DNA from: Gemmatimonadaceae bacterium
Lineage (GTDB): Bacteria; Gemmatimonadota; Gemmatimonadetes; Gemmatimonadales; Gemmatimonadaceae
DNA: 64,000 nt
Direction of reading: 5' to 3'
NCBI GenBank assembly: GCA_035765135.1
Contig: DASTYE010000118.1
Location: 13,477 to 77,476, forward strand
The notes beneath the pieces were generated by a model. The model was not told where the DNA came from and made no database searches. It saw only the letters and a list, made by a program, of their open reading frames with translations. The position numbers and the translations under genes are program-made. Numbering within the stretch: position 1 is the first letter of the stretch; the number at the start of each line of letters is the position of its first letter. Shown here piece by piece: positions 1 through 10,364 of the stretch.

Positions 1-52
1 AGCTCCCATCGGGAACGATGCGGCGTAAAGTCTTCATCGTCCGGTGATCACG

Positions 53-994
53 ATGCGATATACGATTCTCGCTACCTTCGCGAGCCTCGGGGTCCTCGCG
101 CCCTCGGTCTCGCACGCGCAAGGTGGACAGACGAGCGCGCTCGTGCTCGAGCTACCGTCCAGCACGCGCGCCCTCGCGCTCGGGGGCGCGTACGTCGCCG
201 CCGGAGTGGACGACGCGGCGCTCTTCTACAATCCGTCTCAGCTGGCGACGCTCGAGGGACGGGCGGCCAGCATGTCGGTGCAGCCGTACATCGAAGGGTC
301 CACGCTGGGCGCGATTTCCGGCGCGTTCCAGCTCGGACCCGGAACCGTCGGCATCGGAGTACAGGTGCTGAGCTACGGCAGCATCGATGAGTTCGTCTGC
401 GACGAGACGACCGGATGTGAGCGCGGCGACGCGACCGGACGCACCGTGTCCGCCAATGAAGTGGCTGCACTCGTCGGCTACGGAATGACATGGCGGATGC
501 TTCGAATCGGAGGGGCTGCCAAATACGTGCGGCAGTCGCTCGCGGACGCGAGCGGAGGCGCCCCCGCCCTCGATGTCGGCGCGGCCATCGACGTGTGGCG
601 CGGGGCGACCATCGGCGTGAGCATCCAGAACGTCGGACCCGGGCTCAAGACCGCGGGGTCGAGCGCGCCGCTGCCTCGGCTCCTGCGAGTCGGAGCTTCG
701 CTGCCGTGGCGGGGGGTCGGCCCGTTCGATGTGTTAGGCACGGTCGAGGTCGCCCAGCATCGCGATGGCGACCCGCTCCCTCTCGGAGGCGCCGAGGTGA
801 CGTGGACGTCGGCGAACGGATTGGCCTTCAGCGGTCGCGTTGGGGCGCTCGCGCGGGCCGAGAACTCGGCGACATCCCGGATGTCGTTCGGCGGCGGCGT
901 GCGCGCGCGCCATTTCGCGCTCGATTACGCCTACCAGTCCTTCGATGCGCTGGCGCTGACGACGCATCGGTTCGGGCTGCGGTGGTGGCGTTAG
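53..994 (+). CDS. PorV/PorQ-like outer-membrane beta-barrel protein
   Basis: ORF 44..994. The ATG at 53 gives the signal peptide MRYTILATFASLGVLAPSVSHAQG. STRALALGGAYVAAGVDDAALFYNPSQLA resembles the PorV/UPF0164 N-terminal signature. The C-terminus is aromatic (RFGLRWWR). Confidence 0.5.
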   Translation: MRYTILATFASLGVLAPSVSHAQGGQTSALVLELPSSTRALALGGAYVAAGVDDAALFYNPSQLATLEGRAASMSVQPYIEGSTLGAISGAFQLGPGTVGIGVQVLSYGSIDEFVCDETTGCERGDATGRTVSANEVAALVGYGMTWRMLRIGGAAKYVRQSLADASGGAPALDVGAAIDVWRGATIGVSIQNVGPGLKTAGSSAPLPRLLRVGASLPWRGVGPFDVLGTVEVAQHRDGDPLPLGGAEVTWTSANGLAFSGRVGALARAENSATSRMSFGGGVRARHFALDYAYQSFDALALTTHRFGLRWWR

Positions 995-1019
995 GCGAGT
1001 CCGGCCTGGCCGGGAGGCG

Positions 1020-2114
1020 GTGACCGGTTTCATGGCGCGCGTTCGTCGGATCGTGAGGCGGGCGCTGGCGGGACTCACCATCGCGGTGGTGCTGTTCCTG
1101 GCGGTGACGCCGATGGGCTGCTACCTGAGCCGCGCCGGATGGGAGGAGGCGAAGATCCTCGCGGCGCGCAAGGAGATCGCGCGTCTCGTCGCCGATCCCG
1201 ATACCGATAGTATCACGCGGGCGAAGCTGCGCCTCGTGCTCGCGGCGCGATCGTTCGCGCGCGACTCCATCGGACTCGACGTCGGGGAGAGCTTTACCAC
1301 CTTCTCGCAGCTCGCGCGCGACACGCTGGTGCTCGTCCTCTCGGCCGCCCATCGCGACCGGCTCGAGCCGCACACGTGGTGGTTTCCCATCGTCGGGCGC
1401 GTGCCGTACAAGGGCTTCTTCGATTTTGGCGCAGCGGTGGATGCCGCAAGCGATCTTCGCGAGAAGGGGCTCGACACCTACCTGCGGCCTTCGGCGGCGT
1501 TCAGCACGCTCGGGTGGTTCAACGATCCGCTGCTCTCCACCACGCTGCGGTACGACTCGCTCGATCTCGCCAACACGGTGATCCACGAGGTTACCCACAA
1601 CACCTTCTACGCGCCCGGGCAGGCGATCTTCAACGAGTCGTTCGCCACATTCGTTGGAGCGCGCGGCGCCGAGTGGTTCTTTCGTACGGCCGGCGATTCC
1701 GTGCACGCCCGCGAAGCGGTCGATGATTGGGAGGACGACAAGCTGCTCGGTCGCTTCTGGACGCGATTGTGGCGAGAGCTCGACTCAGCGTATCGTGCGA
1801 GCCCCGACGACCGCGATGCGCGCTTGAGAGCGCGGGACACGATTTACGCGCGAGCGCGCCGGACTCTCATCGATTCCGTCGGCCCGCAGCTGCGGCGAAT
1901 CGACCCGGGGGCGTTGCCTCGGGTGCAACTCGACAATGCGGCGCTGCTGGCGCGACGCATCTATCAGACGGATCTGGACGTGTTCGACGCGGTGTACGAG
2001 GCCGAGCGGCGGGACTTGCGGCGTACGATCGAGCGAGTGATCACGCTGGCGAAGCGCGGCAAGGACGATCCGTACGGCGAGCTGCGCGCGTGGGTGAGTC
2101 GCCTGAGTCCGTGA
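1020..2114 (+). CDS. predicted zinc aminopeptidase (COG4324/PF10023-like)
   Basis: HExxH motif in VIHEVTHNT. LGWFNDPLLST and FNESFATFVG match the predicted-aminopeptidase family. N-terminal hydrophobic anchor. An alternative ATG lies at 1032. Confidence 0.65.
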   Translation: MTGFMARVRRIVRRALAGLTIAVVLFLAVTPMGCYLSRAGWEEAKILAARKEIARLVADPDTDSITRAKLRLVLAARSFARDSIGLDVGESFTTFSQLARDTLVLVLSAAHRDRLEPHTWWFPIVGRVPYKGFFDFGAAVDAASDLREKGLDTYLRPSAAFSTLGWFNDPLLSTTLRYDSLDLANTVIHEVTHNTFYAPGQAIFNESFATFVGARGAEWFFRTAGDSVHAREAVDDWEDDKLLGRFWTRLWRELDSAYRASPDDRDARLRARDTIYARARRTLIDSVGPQLRRIDPGALPRVQLDNAALLARRIYQTDLDVFDAVYEAERRDLRRTIERVITLAKRGKDDPYGELRAWVSRLSP

Positions 2115-2120
2115 GCGTCG

Positions 2121-4190
2121 TCAGGTCTTGAACTTTCCGCGCATGAGTGCCCGTAAGTCGATCAACGGCGCGGTCGGGGCCGCCTGCGCGACCACGGTTT
2201 CCTCCCCGGTAGTGACCCGCTGCATCTTCGCGCGTACGCCGCGATCAATGAAGCGCGAGAGCTGATCCATCGAATAGTCCGCGCCCCGCCGCGAGTGATA
2301 GGCGTTGAGCGGATAGACGACCGCGAGATCGTTCCGCGCGCGCGTCATGGCGACGTACATGAGACGGCGCTCCTCCTCGGTGTCCTCCTCGCTGCGGATG
2401 GCGCGCGACGAAGGGAAGAAGCCATCGACCGCCCAGATGAGGAACACCGCGTCCCACTCGCGACCTTTCGCGCTGTGCGCGGTGCTGAGGATGAGCAGAT
2501 CGCGCTCGCGATCGCTCGCTCCGGCGAGATCCTGGGTGGACGACGGCGGCTCGAGCGCCAGCGCCGACAGGAATACAGCGCGTGAGGGAAATCCGGCGGC
2601 GATCACTTCGAGCTGATCGAGATCGGCGAGGCGTGGCTCCGGCCGATCGTACCGCTCTCGCAGAATATCGTCGTAGAGTCGCCGCACGCGCCCGATCTCG
2701 GCGCTGAGGGCACGCCCTTCGAGATCGGCGCTGGTGCGCAGCTCGTCGAGGAGCTCGACGAGTGCCGCGTGCGCCGCGCGGGCCCGTGGCGGTGGCGCGA
2801 ACCGGCCAAACGCGCTGGAGGTCCACGCCATCTGCGCCATGGCGTCCACCGCCGCGCGCGCGGTCGCATCGCCAATTCCCGGCAGGAGCAAGAGCACGCG
2901 GTACCAGCTCACCTCATCGCGCGGGTTCTCGAGAATGCGCAGAAACGCGAGCACATCCTTCACGTGCGCCGCCTCGAGGAACTTGAGTCCGCCCCACTTC
3001 TCGAACGGGATCTTGCGGTTCGTCAGCTCGATCTCGAGGTCGGCCGACATGTAGCCGGCGCGGAAGAGCACCGCCATCTCGCGCAGCGGCGTGCCGGTCT
3101 CGTGCAGCTCGAGAATACGGTCCACGACGAAGCGTGTCTGTGCCGACTCATCGCGCGCCGCGACGAGCCAGGGCGCCTCGCCTCCGGTGCGCTCGGTCCG
3201 CAGCGTCTTCGAGTATCGCTCGCGCGCGCGGGCGATCAGCGTGTTGGTGACGTCGAGAATGGGCTGGGTCGAGCGATAGTTGCGCTCGAGCGTGACGACG
3301 CGGGCGCCCGGAAAGTGCTTTGGAAAGTCGAGGATGTTGCGCACCGTCGCCCCGCGGAACGCGTAGATGCTTTGCGCATCGTCGCCGACGACGGTGATGT
3401 TGCCATGTCCGCGCGCCATGCCGAGGAGGATGCGCGCCTGCAGCAGGTTCGTGTCCTGGTATTCATCGACCAGCACGTGGTCGTACAGCCCTGCAATGCG
3501 CGCCGCGAGCTCGGTCCCGCTCTCCGCCATCGCCGCCCAGAAGAGCAGCAGGTCATCGTAGTCGACGAGGTTTCGCTCTTCCTTGCGACTCGTGTAGTCC
3601 GCGTAGATGCGCGTCAGGTCGTCGCGGTAATCGAGGAATTGCGGATACTCATCGGCGACGATGTCGTCGATCGCGATGCCGGTGTTGACGTGCCGTGAGT
3701 AAACGTGATGCAGCGTCTCCTTCTTGGGAAACCGCGACTTCTTCTGCGCGTATCCGAGCGCGGCGCGCGAAAGACCCATGAGGTCTTCGGCATCACCTTG
3801 ATCGATGATGCTGAAGTCCTTCGCGAGACCCGCCGCTGCACCGTAGGTGCGCAGCAGCCGGTGTCCCGTCGCGTGGAAGGTGCCCCCGTGCACACGCCCA
3901 CTCTGTGGCCCCACGAGTCGCTCGGCGCGGGAGAGCATCTCCTGCGCGGCTCGGCGCGTGAAGGTCAGCAGCAGAATTCGCTCCGGGCGGACGCCCCGCT
4001 CGATGAGATGCGCGACGCGATACACGAGCGTCCGCGTCTTCCCCGTGCCGGCCCCGGCGACGATGAGCAGCGGGCCATCACCGTGGGTGGCGGCGGCCAG
4101 CTGCTCGGGGTTCAGCTCCGCTGAGAAATCGCGCGCGTCCGCGGAGACTTCGCGCACGCGGGGCGGATAGACGCGGGGAGGAAGGGTCAT
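2121..4190 (-). CDS. UvrD/PcrA/Rep-family ATP-dependent DNA helicase
   Basis: LNPEQLAAATH...LLIVAGAGTGKTRTLVYRVAHLI (Walker A), VLVDEYQDTN (motif II) and TAHSAKGREWD (motif VI). The ORF is open to 4253 (GTG). The ATG at 4190 is preferred by comparison of N-terminal length. Confidence 0.85.
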   Translation of the reverse strand: MTLPPRVYPPRVREVSADARDFSAELNPEQLAAATHGDGPLLIVAGAGTGKTRTLVYRVAHLIERGVRPERILLLTFTRRAAQEMLSRAERLVGPQSGRVHGGTFHATGHRLLRTYGAAAGLAKDFSIIDQGDAEDLMGLSRAALGYAQKKSRFPKKETLHHVYSRHVNTGIAIDDIVADEYPQFLDYRDDLTRIYADYTSRKEERNLVDYDDLLLFWAAMAESGTELAARIAGLYDHVLVDEYQDTNLLQARILLGMARGHGNITVVGDDAQSIYAFRGATVRNILDFPKHFPGARVVTLERNYRSTQPILDVTNTLIARARERYSKTLRTERTGGEAPWLVAARDESAQTRFVVDRILELHETGTPLREMAVLFRAGYMSADLEIELTNRKIPFEKWGGLKFLEAAHVKDVLAFLRILENPRDEVSWYRVLLLLPGIGDATARAAVDAMAQMAWTSSAFGRFAPPPRARAAHAALVELLDELRTSADLEGRALSAEIGRVRRLYDDILRERYDRPEPRLADLDQLEVIAAGFPSRAVFLSALALEPPSSTQDLAGASDRERDLLILSTAHSAKGREWDAVFLIWAVDGFFPSSRAIRSEEDTEEERRLMYVAMTRARNDLAVVYPLNAYHSRRGADYSMDQLSRFIDRGVRAKMQRVTTGEETVVAQAAPTAPLIDLRALMRGKFKT

Positions 4191-4335
4191 GCCGAGGTCA
4201 ATATATCGCCCCGCACGCGGGTCACGTGACCCTTCGATGGCGAGGAGGGTCACACTGCTCTGACGACATTTTCTTTACAACTCGACACGATTCGTCCCAG
4301 TTGAAATCGCGTTCGTCACATAGGGCATTTCTTTC

Positions 4336-4364
4336 TTGACACTCTGTGAACCGCGGCATAACGT
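4336..4364 (+). promoter_or_regulatory. candidate sigma70-type promoter for the susC-like gene
   Basis: TTGACA at 4336-4341, a 17-nt spacer, then TAACGT at 4359-4364. It would give a leader of about 220 nt before the ATG at 4588. Confidence 0.3.
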
Positions 4365-4587
4365 CCTGTCAATTCTGCCGGTTGGCGTTTCTCCGGCGGT
4401 CGCGCTGCGGGCCGGCACCACGGTGACGCCCGCGCCTCTCCGCGAGACGGCGGCGCAGTCCGCGTCCGCGGTTCACCATGTCCGCAAGGCCACGCCGTGT
4501 TTGCGGGCACTCACCACAGGAGGGTCATGCATCCCGACTCATGCTGTCCGTTCCGGTACACACACAAGGAATCGGAGGATTGACCGT

Positions 4588-7500
4588 ATGAAGCATTATT
4601 TCCGTGGATTGTTCTTGGGGATTACGGCGCTGGTGAGCTTTACCGCCTGGGCGGGTGCGCAGGAAGGCACCACGATCCAGGGGCGGGTGACGACGGAAGG
4701 CGGCGCGCCGCTTGCGGCCGTCAGCGTGTTCGTCGTCGACTTGAACGTTGGCAGCCTGACGCGTGACGATGGCACGTACACGTTCGCGATTCCCGCCGCT
4801 CGCGTGCAGGGACAGGAAGTCACGCTGACGGCGCGCCTGATCGGGTATACCGCCCAATCGGCTCGCGTCACGCTTCGTCCCGGCACGATCACGCAGGACT
4901 TCGCCATGGTGGCGAATCCCCTTCGCCTCGGCGAAGTCGTGGTCACCGGCGCCGGCACGCTGACGACGGCGGAGAAGCTCGGCAACGTGCGCAACAGCGT
5001 CGACTCGTCCCTCATCACCAAGAGCAACGAGGCGAACGTCGTCCAGGCCCTCGCCGCCAAGGCGCCTAACGTCGAGGTGACGCAACAGTCTGGTGATCCG
5101 GGCGCATCGTCGTACATTCGCATCCGTGGGTCGAAGACGATCCAGGGCACTGGTCAGCCGCTGTTTGTGGTTGACGGAACACCGATCGATAACACGACCT
5201 TTGCGACCGGTCCCCTCACCGGGAGTACGGTGTCTCCCAACCGTGCGGGCGACATCAACCCCGCCGATATCGAGAGCATCGAAATCCTGAAGGGCTCGGC
5301 GGCGGCCGCGATCTATGGGGCGCGCGCGGCACAGGGAGTCGTGCTCATCACCACGAAGGGTGGTCGCGTTGGGCCGACGCGGTACTCGCTCCGGTCGAGC
5401 CTCAGCATCGACGAAGTGACTCAAGGTCCACCGCTGCAGAGACGCTTTGGTCAGGGCTCAGGCGGGACCGCGGCTGTTTGCTCTGCGCCGGGCTGTCGTC
5501 CGGCATCGGTGAGCTATGGCGCGGAGCTGCCGGCTGGAACGCCGACGTACGACCACTTCAACGAAATGTTCGAGACAGGTTGGATGTTGGACAACGTCGT
5601 TACGGCGTCCGGGGGATCGGATCGCACGTCGTTTTACTTCTCCGCGGGCCGGCTCGACCATGACGGCACGATCGTTGGCCCCAATAGCTGGTACGATCGG
5701 TCCAGCTTCCGCGTGAAGGCAACGCATCGGCTGCTCGACCGGCTGACCATCGGCGGAAACGTGTCGTACGTCGACGCGCGCGGGTCGTTCATCCAGAAGG
5801 GATCGAACATCAGCGGTCTCATGCTCGGCGCGCTCCGCACCCCGCCGGAGTTCGACAATCGACGATATCTGGACTCGACAGGATTGCATAGGTCGTATCG
5901 GTATCCTCGTCCGACGGCGCTGGCGGTGACACGTGGCTATGATAACCCGTTCTTCGTTGTCAACGAGCACACGAACGTCGCTGATGCCGGACGCGTATTC
6001 GGAAACGTGAACCTCGACTACGATCCGACAAACTGGTTGAGCATTCGGTACACGTTAGGCGGAGACTATACGGCTGACGAACGGCTCGAGGCGCTGCCGC
6101 CGTCCAGCTCGAACTGGGCTCCGGGCTCACTCACGCGAGGAGATATCGTCAACTACCAGATCGACCACAACCTGATAGCGACGGGACGCTGGACGTACAG
6201 CACGAATCTGGCGGGAAGCGTGACGTTGGGGCACAACCTCAACAGCCGTCGCAACAAGATGATCTTCGTGACGGGCTACGATTACATCGCGCCTGACGTC
6301 GACAACGTCGACAACACCATCGACCACGATCCGTTCGAGGACGAGAGCTACGTCCATAACGAGTCGTTCTTCGGTCAGGCCACGTTCGACTTCTGGGATC
6401 AGCTTTTCCTGACGGCGGGCGTGCGGAACGATGGATCATCCACGTTCGGCAAGGCTGATCGGCGCCACTGGTTCCCGAAAGCGAGCGCGGCGTGGAACTT
6501 CACCGAAGCGCTTGGACCCGAGGGCCTCGCCGGCGTAGTCACCACAGGCAAATTGCGGGTCGCGTACGGCGAAACTGGTCGCGAGCCATTCGCATATCAG
6601 ACGATCGGCGGCTTCTCGATCGCCAATCAGACCGAGGGATGGGGTCCATTCCTGTCACCGACGCAAAAGGGCGGTCTGACCCGGGCAGGCGCGAAGAGCA
6701 ACGATGAGCTGAAGCCCGAGCGGACAACCGAGCTCGAGGCAGGGTTCGACATCGGCTTGTTCAAGGAAAAGGCCGATCTGTCGGTCACATACTACGACTC
6801 GCGCTCGAAGGACGTGATCTTCCAGGCGCCGCTTCCCCCGACGACGGGCTACACCAGCCAGGTGCAGAACGCGGCGATCATCGACAATACGGGTTGGGAG
6901 GCGACGCTGAACCTTCGCCCCTTCACCCGGCCCAATTTTGCCATGGAAACGACGCTGTTGTTCGCCACGAACGACAACCTCGTGGTGGATCTCAGCGGAT
7001 TCGACTATGTCGATATGGCCGGGAGCTTCACAGATCCGGGCGGGGCGGCCGTGAAGGGCTCGCGCGTCGGCGTGCTCCGCAGCGCGGACTTCGCTCGTTG
7101 TCGGTACGACGAGACGAATATGGTTGATGGGATCGACATCAACGCGAGTTGCCGAGCCTCAAACGCACCGCAAGGCGCGCTCTACATCGCCGCGGATGGC
7201 TTCCCGATTCTCGATCCGACGTCGCGCGTCATCGCGGACCCGAATCCGGACTGGACGGGGAGCGTGCGCACCGCAATCACGCTGTTCCGGAAGTGGCAGG
7301 TTTCCGGGTTGCTCGACATCAAGCAGGGCGGCGACAACTGGAACGGGACGAAGGGTGCCCTCTATAACTTCGGGACGCACAAGGACACCGAGATTCGCAA
7401 TACGAACCAGGTGTTCGGGCGTAACGGTTTCCATGAGGGAGCGGTTGCAGGCCCGGGTGCCGGAACTGCGGTGCTGATTGATCAGGACTGGTTCCAGGGA

Positions 7501-7791
7501 TTGGGGAGCGGTTTTGGTCCCGTCGCTGCGCAGTTCATTGAGGACGCGAGCTACGTGAAGCTCCGCGAGATCTCGGTCGCCTACACGTTGGACCAGGCTT
7601 TCCTGAGGCGCTTTGGGATGAGCTCGGTCGACCTGCGGGTGGCTGGGCGCAACCTGAAGACGTGGACCGACTACACGGGCATCGATCCAGAGACCAACCT
7701 GGGCGGCGCCGAGGTCGCGTTGCGCGGCATCGACTACTTCAACAATCCGCAGACCCGCTCGTTCGTGTTCTCCGTGGGTCTGAACTGGTAA
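4588..7791 (+). CDS. SusC/RagA-family TonB-dependent outer-membrane receptor
   Basis: ATG at 4588 preceded by GGAGGA. Signal peptide MKHYFRGLFLGITALVSFTAWAGAQEG. Carboxypeptidase-regulatory-like domain (TIQGRVTTEGGAPLAAVSVFV...DGTYTF). Plug motif IEILKGSAAAAIYGARAAQGVVLITTK. C-terminal F-x-F/W barrel end (SFVFSVGLNW). Confidence 0.85.
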   Translation: MKHYFRGLFLGITALVSFTAWAGAQEGTTIQGRVTTEGGAPLAAVSVFVVDLNVGSLTRDDGTYTFAIPAARVQGQEVTLTARLIGYTAQSARVTLRPGTITQDFAMVANPLRLGEVVVTGAGTLTTAEKLGNVRNSVDSSLITKSNEANVVQALAAKAPNVEVTQQSGDPGASSYIRIRGSKTIQGTGQPLFVVDGTPIDNTTFATGPLTGSTVSPNRAGDINPADIESIEILKGSAAAAIYGARAAQGVVLITTKGGRVGPTRYSLRSSLSIDEVTQGPPLQRRFGQGSGGTAAVCSAPGCRPASVSYGAELPAGTPTYDHFNEMFETGWMLDNVVTASGGSDRTSFYFSAGRLDHDGTIVGPNSWYDRSSFRVKATHRLLDRLTIGGNVSYVDARGSFIQKGSNISGLMLGALRTPPEFDNRRYLDSTGLHRSYRYPRPTALAVTRGYDNPFFVVNEHTNVADAGRVFGNVNLDYDPTNWLSIRYTLGGDYTADERLEALPPSSSNWAPGSLTRGDIVNYQIDHNLIATGRWTYSTNLAGSVTLGHNLNSRRNKMIFVTGYDYIAPDVDNVDNTIDHDPFEDESYVHNESFFGQATFDFWDQLFLTAGVRNDGSSTFGKADRRHWFPKASAAWNFTEALGPEGLAGVVTTGKLRVAYGETGREPFAYQTIGGFSIANQTEGWGPFLSPTQKGGLTRAGAKSNDELKPERTTELEAGFDIGLFKEKADLSVTYYDSRSKDVIFQAPLPPTTGYTSQVQNAAIIDNTGWEATLNLRPFTRPNFAMETTLLFATNDNLVVDLSGFDYVDMAGSFTDPGGAAVKGSRVGVLRSADFARCRYDETNMVDGIDINASCRASNAPQGALYIAADGFPILDPTSRVIADPNPDWTGSVRTAITLFRKWQVSGLLDIKQGGDNWNGTKGALYNFGTHKDTEIRNTNQVFGRNGFHEGAVAGPGAGTAVLIDQDWFQGLGSGFGPVAAQFIEDASYVKLREISVAYTLDQAFLRRFGMSSVDLRVAGRNLKTWTDYTGIDPETNLGGAEVALRGIDYFNNPQTRSFVFSVGLNW

Positions 7792-7809
7792 CCGTCTCGA
7801 GGATTATCC

Positions 7810-9210
7810 ATGCATCGAGTATCGAAAATCTTCGCTGGCGCGATAGTTCCGACCCTGCTTGCCGCAGGGTGTTCGGACTTCCTCAGCGGTGACAAGCTTG
7901 AAAAGAACCCGACGTTGCCGAGCACGGCGACCGTCGACCAGCTGCTGGTTGGCGTCGCCACGGCTCAGGCCGTCGAGCAGGAGGGTGCGCTCGCACGCAT
8001 CGCCACAATGTGGGCGCAGCAGTTTGCCGGTACCGATCGCCAGTACATCGCGATCGATCAGTATGACGTTACCGAGGACGATATCACCGGTGAGTTCAAC
8101 GCGGCCTACGCCGGCGGAGGGCTGATCGACCTGCGCGAGATCCAGGCCGCGACAACCGGTCCTTATCGCGGGATCGCCCGTGTATGGGAAGCCTTGATCA
8201 TTGGCACCCACGCAAGTGTGTGGGGCGACATTCCGTACTCGGAAGCCGTGTCTGATGTCACGGATCCGGCTCTCGACGATCAGGCCGAGGTGTACGCCCG
8301 CGTCCAGGCCGTGCTGGACTCCGCGATCGCCGATCTGCAGGCGACCGGTGATGCGCCAACGCCAAGTGCGGACCTCATCTACGCGGGGAACACCACCAAG
8401 TGGCTGCAGGCGGCGCATACGCTGAAGGCGCGTTACTACCTGCACTGGACCGATCCGCAGGTTCCAGCGGCATTGGCAACAACCGCCTGTGGCGGTAATT
8501 GCGCGCAGAAAGCCCTCGCGGCGACTGCCAATGGAATCAGCGCGTCGGCGAACAACTTCACGTTCACGCACGACGCGCAGGCCGGACAGGAGAACGTCTG
8601 GTATCAGTTCATGTTCGTCCAGCGTGACAGCTACATCCGCGCTGGAAAGTTCCTTGTCGATCTGCTCACGGCACGTAACGACCCGCGGCTGACACAGTGG
8701 TTCGAGCCCGGTGATACGAACATCGTCATTGGAGCCGAACCGGCCGAGCCGCAGAAGGCGTATCATGCGGTGCTGAATCAGTCGTCCCGCGGGAGCCGCA
8801 CGTTCGACCAGCCGATCATTACCGCGGCCGAAAACACCTTGTTGCGGGCCGAAGCGCAGTATCGGACGGGTGATGAGGCGGGGGCATTGCTGACGCTCAA
8901 CGCCTATCGCACGTCGATTGGGATGGGCAACATCGTGGCCGCCGGTCCGGCGTTACTGAAGGCGATCCTCGAAGAGCTGTACCTGGCGTACTTCCAGAAC
9001 ATCGAGGCCTGGACGGTTTATCGGCGGAGCTGCTACCCGAACCTCACCCCGTCCTCGGGTGCATCCGAGGTTGGGGCGCGCCTGCTCTATGGCGTCGACG
9101 AGCGGAACGCGAATTCGAATGTTCCGCTGCCTTCAGAGCAACCGACCCGCAACGATTTCGATCCACCGACGACAAACGCTCCCGACGGGAGCGCATGCAT
9201 CGGGCAGTAG
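7810..9210 (+). CDS. SusD/RagB-family nutrient-binding outer-membrane lipoprotein
   Basis: Lies 18 nt downstream of the susC-like gene. Lipobox LLAAGC. TPR-like segment LLRAEAQYRTGDEAGALLTLNAYR is typical of SusD/RagB. Confidence 0.65.
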   Translation: MHRVSKIFAGAIVPTLLAAGCSDFLSGDKLEKNPTLPSTATVDQLLVGVATAQAVEQEGALARIATMWAQQFAGTDRQYIAIDQYDVTEDDITGEFNAAYAGGGLIDLREIQAATTGPYRGIARVWEALIIGTHASVWGDIPYSEAVSDVTDPALDDQAEVYARVQAVLDSAIADLQATGDAPTPSADLIYAGNTTKWLQAAHTLKARYYLHWTDPQVPAALATTACGGNCAQKALAATANGISASANNFTFTHDAQAGQENVWYQFMFVQRDSYIRAGKFLVDLLTARNDPRLTQWFEPGDTNIVIGAEPAEPQKAYHAVLNQSSRGSRTFDQPIITAAENTLLRAEAQYRTGDEAGALLTLNAYRTSIGMGNIVAAGPALLKAILEELYLAYFQNIEAWTVYRRSCYPNLTPSSGASEVGARLLYGVDERNANSNVPLPSEQPTRNDFDPPTTNAPDGSACIGQ

Positions 9211-9237
9211 ACTGGGGTCGGTATGAGGAGCGCCTTC

Positions 9238-9281
9238 GCCCGGTGCCGGCAGGTCGGCGGCACCGGGCGAGGTGTTTTTTT
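9238..9281 (+). terminator. hairpin plus T-run downstream of the susD-like gene
   Basis: GCCCGGTGCCG / CGGCACCGGGC stem followed after 6-7 nt by a run of seven T (9275-9281). Confidence 0.5.
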
Positions 9282-9374
9282 CGAGGTGGTGATTCGCTTA
9301 CCGCACCGAAATTTGCTGAGAGCATGCACGCGCGCACGCTGGTTCGTTAGGTACTCACGCTTTGGAGCGCCCGG

Positions 9375-9812
9375 ATGCGATTATCCGTTCTTTTGGTTGT
9401 CCTGTTGTCGTGGGGTTGTTATTCGCACGTTCCGGAGACCTCCGTCACTCCGGCCCCGCGCACCCGACTGCGAATCTTCCTGACCGACGCTGGATCGACG
9501 GAGCTCGCCAGGTACATCGGGCCGCGGATCGTGACGATCAATGGTGACGTGATCCAGGCGGACAGTTCCGGCGACCTGAGAATCGCCGTCTCATCGACGG
9601 TCACCGGAGAGGGCAACGAGACGTTCTGGAAAGGAGAGGCGGTGACAGTTCCGAGAGGCTACGTCGCGGTGCTGCAGCGCCGGCAGCTCTCGAAAGCTCG
9701 GACGGTCGCGTTCGTGGGAGGTCTGGCGGCTGCCGCTATTGGGCTGGGGCAAGTTACAGGTGTGGTCGGAGGCGAGGGTGGAAAGGGTGGCCCGCCGCCG
9801 CCGCCACAATAA
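9375..9812 (+). CDS. hypothetical lipoprotein
   Basis: MRLSVLLVVLLSWGC lipobox-like signal. C-terminal hydrophobic segment plus a Gly/Pro tail (GGKGGPPPPPQ). Confidence 0.45.
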   Translation: MRLSVLLVVLLSWGCYSHVPETSVTPAPRTRLRIFLTDAGSTELARYIGPRIVTINGDVIQADSSGDLRIAVSSTVTGEGNETFWKGEAVTVPRGYVAVLQRRQLSKARTVAFVGGLAAAAIGLGQVTGVVGGEGGKGGPPPPPQ

Positions 9813-9827
9813 CGTACCGCACGCGGC

Positions 9828-10205
9828 TCAATAGATACTGATGCTCGTGCGCTGCAGGCTGGAATCGATCGTCCAGACCATGCGTTGCCCAGGTCGGATG
9901 ACGAACCGTTCAGACGCGGCCCTCGCACGTATCCCGACGGGGTCGGCCACAAGCTGAGCCTCGTTCGCGCTTTGGATCAGGCGCGCAGGTACGTCGAACG
10001 AGCCAGCGGACAGCGCGGAGACCGAGCCGAGGCGCAAGCGCTCACCCCGCTGAACGAAAAAGACGGATACGTCGTAGTGACTCCCATTCTCGACGCGGAT
10101 GACGGCTGGGCCGTCGAGCGCGGCTGGTGTGCCGCCTCGGAAGACTGAGCATGCCAGGATCAGCGATGCCAGGATACCGCCCGTGACGCGGCCGGTAATG
10201 CTCAA
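9828..10205 (-). CDS. hypothetical lipoprotein
   Basis: ORF is open to 10310. The TTG at 10205 gives MSITGRVTGGILASLILAC, a lipoprotein signal. Convergent with the previous gene. Confidence 0.35.
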   Translation of the reverse strand: MSITGRVTGGILASLILACSVFRGGTPAALDGPAVIRVENGSHYDVSVFFVQRGERLRLGSVSALSAGSFDVPARLIQSANEAQLVADPVGIRARAASERFVIRPGQRMVWTIDSSLQRTSISIY

Positions 10206-10364
10206 GGATCCTCCCGTCGGAGCGAAGAAATCTGGGACGGGTGGAATCTCAGTCGCGACGCGCTTGAGGTCTAGTCCGCAAGATCGCGTGTCAGGTCGGC
10301 AGCCAGACACCGGATAGCGGTCACTCGAATTACGCCCTCCGACAGGGTTTTCGCCCCGAGGGTT

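Noticed and set aside
4365-4587. Cobalamin or TPP riboswitch in the susC leader
   Set aside because: I could find no B12-box-like (AGYCMGGAGACC-type) element or TPP (CTGAGA...ACCTGATCTGGATAATGCCAGCG) element by eye. An Infernal scan would be decisive.
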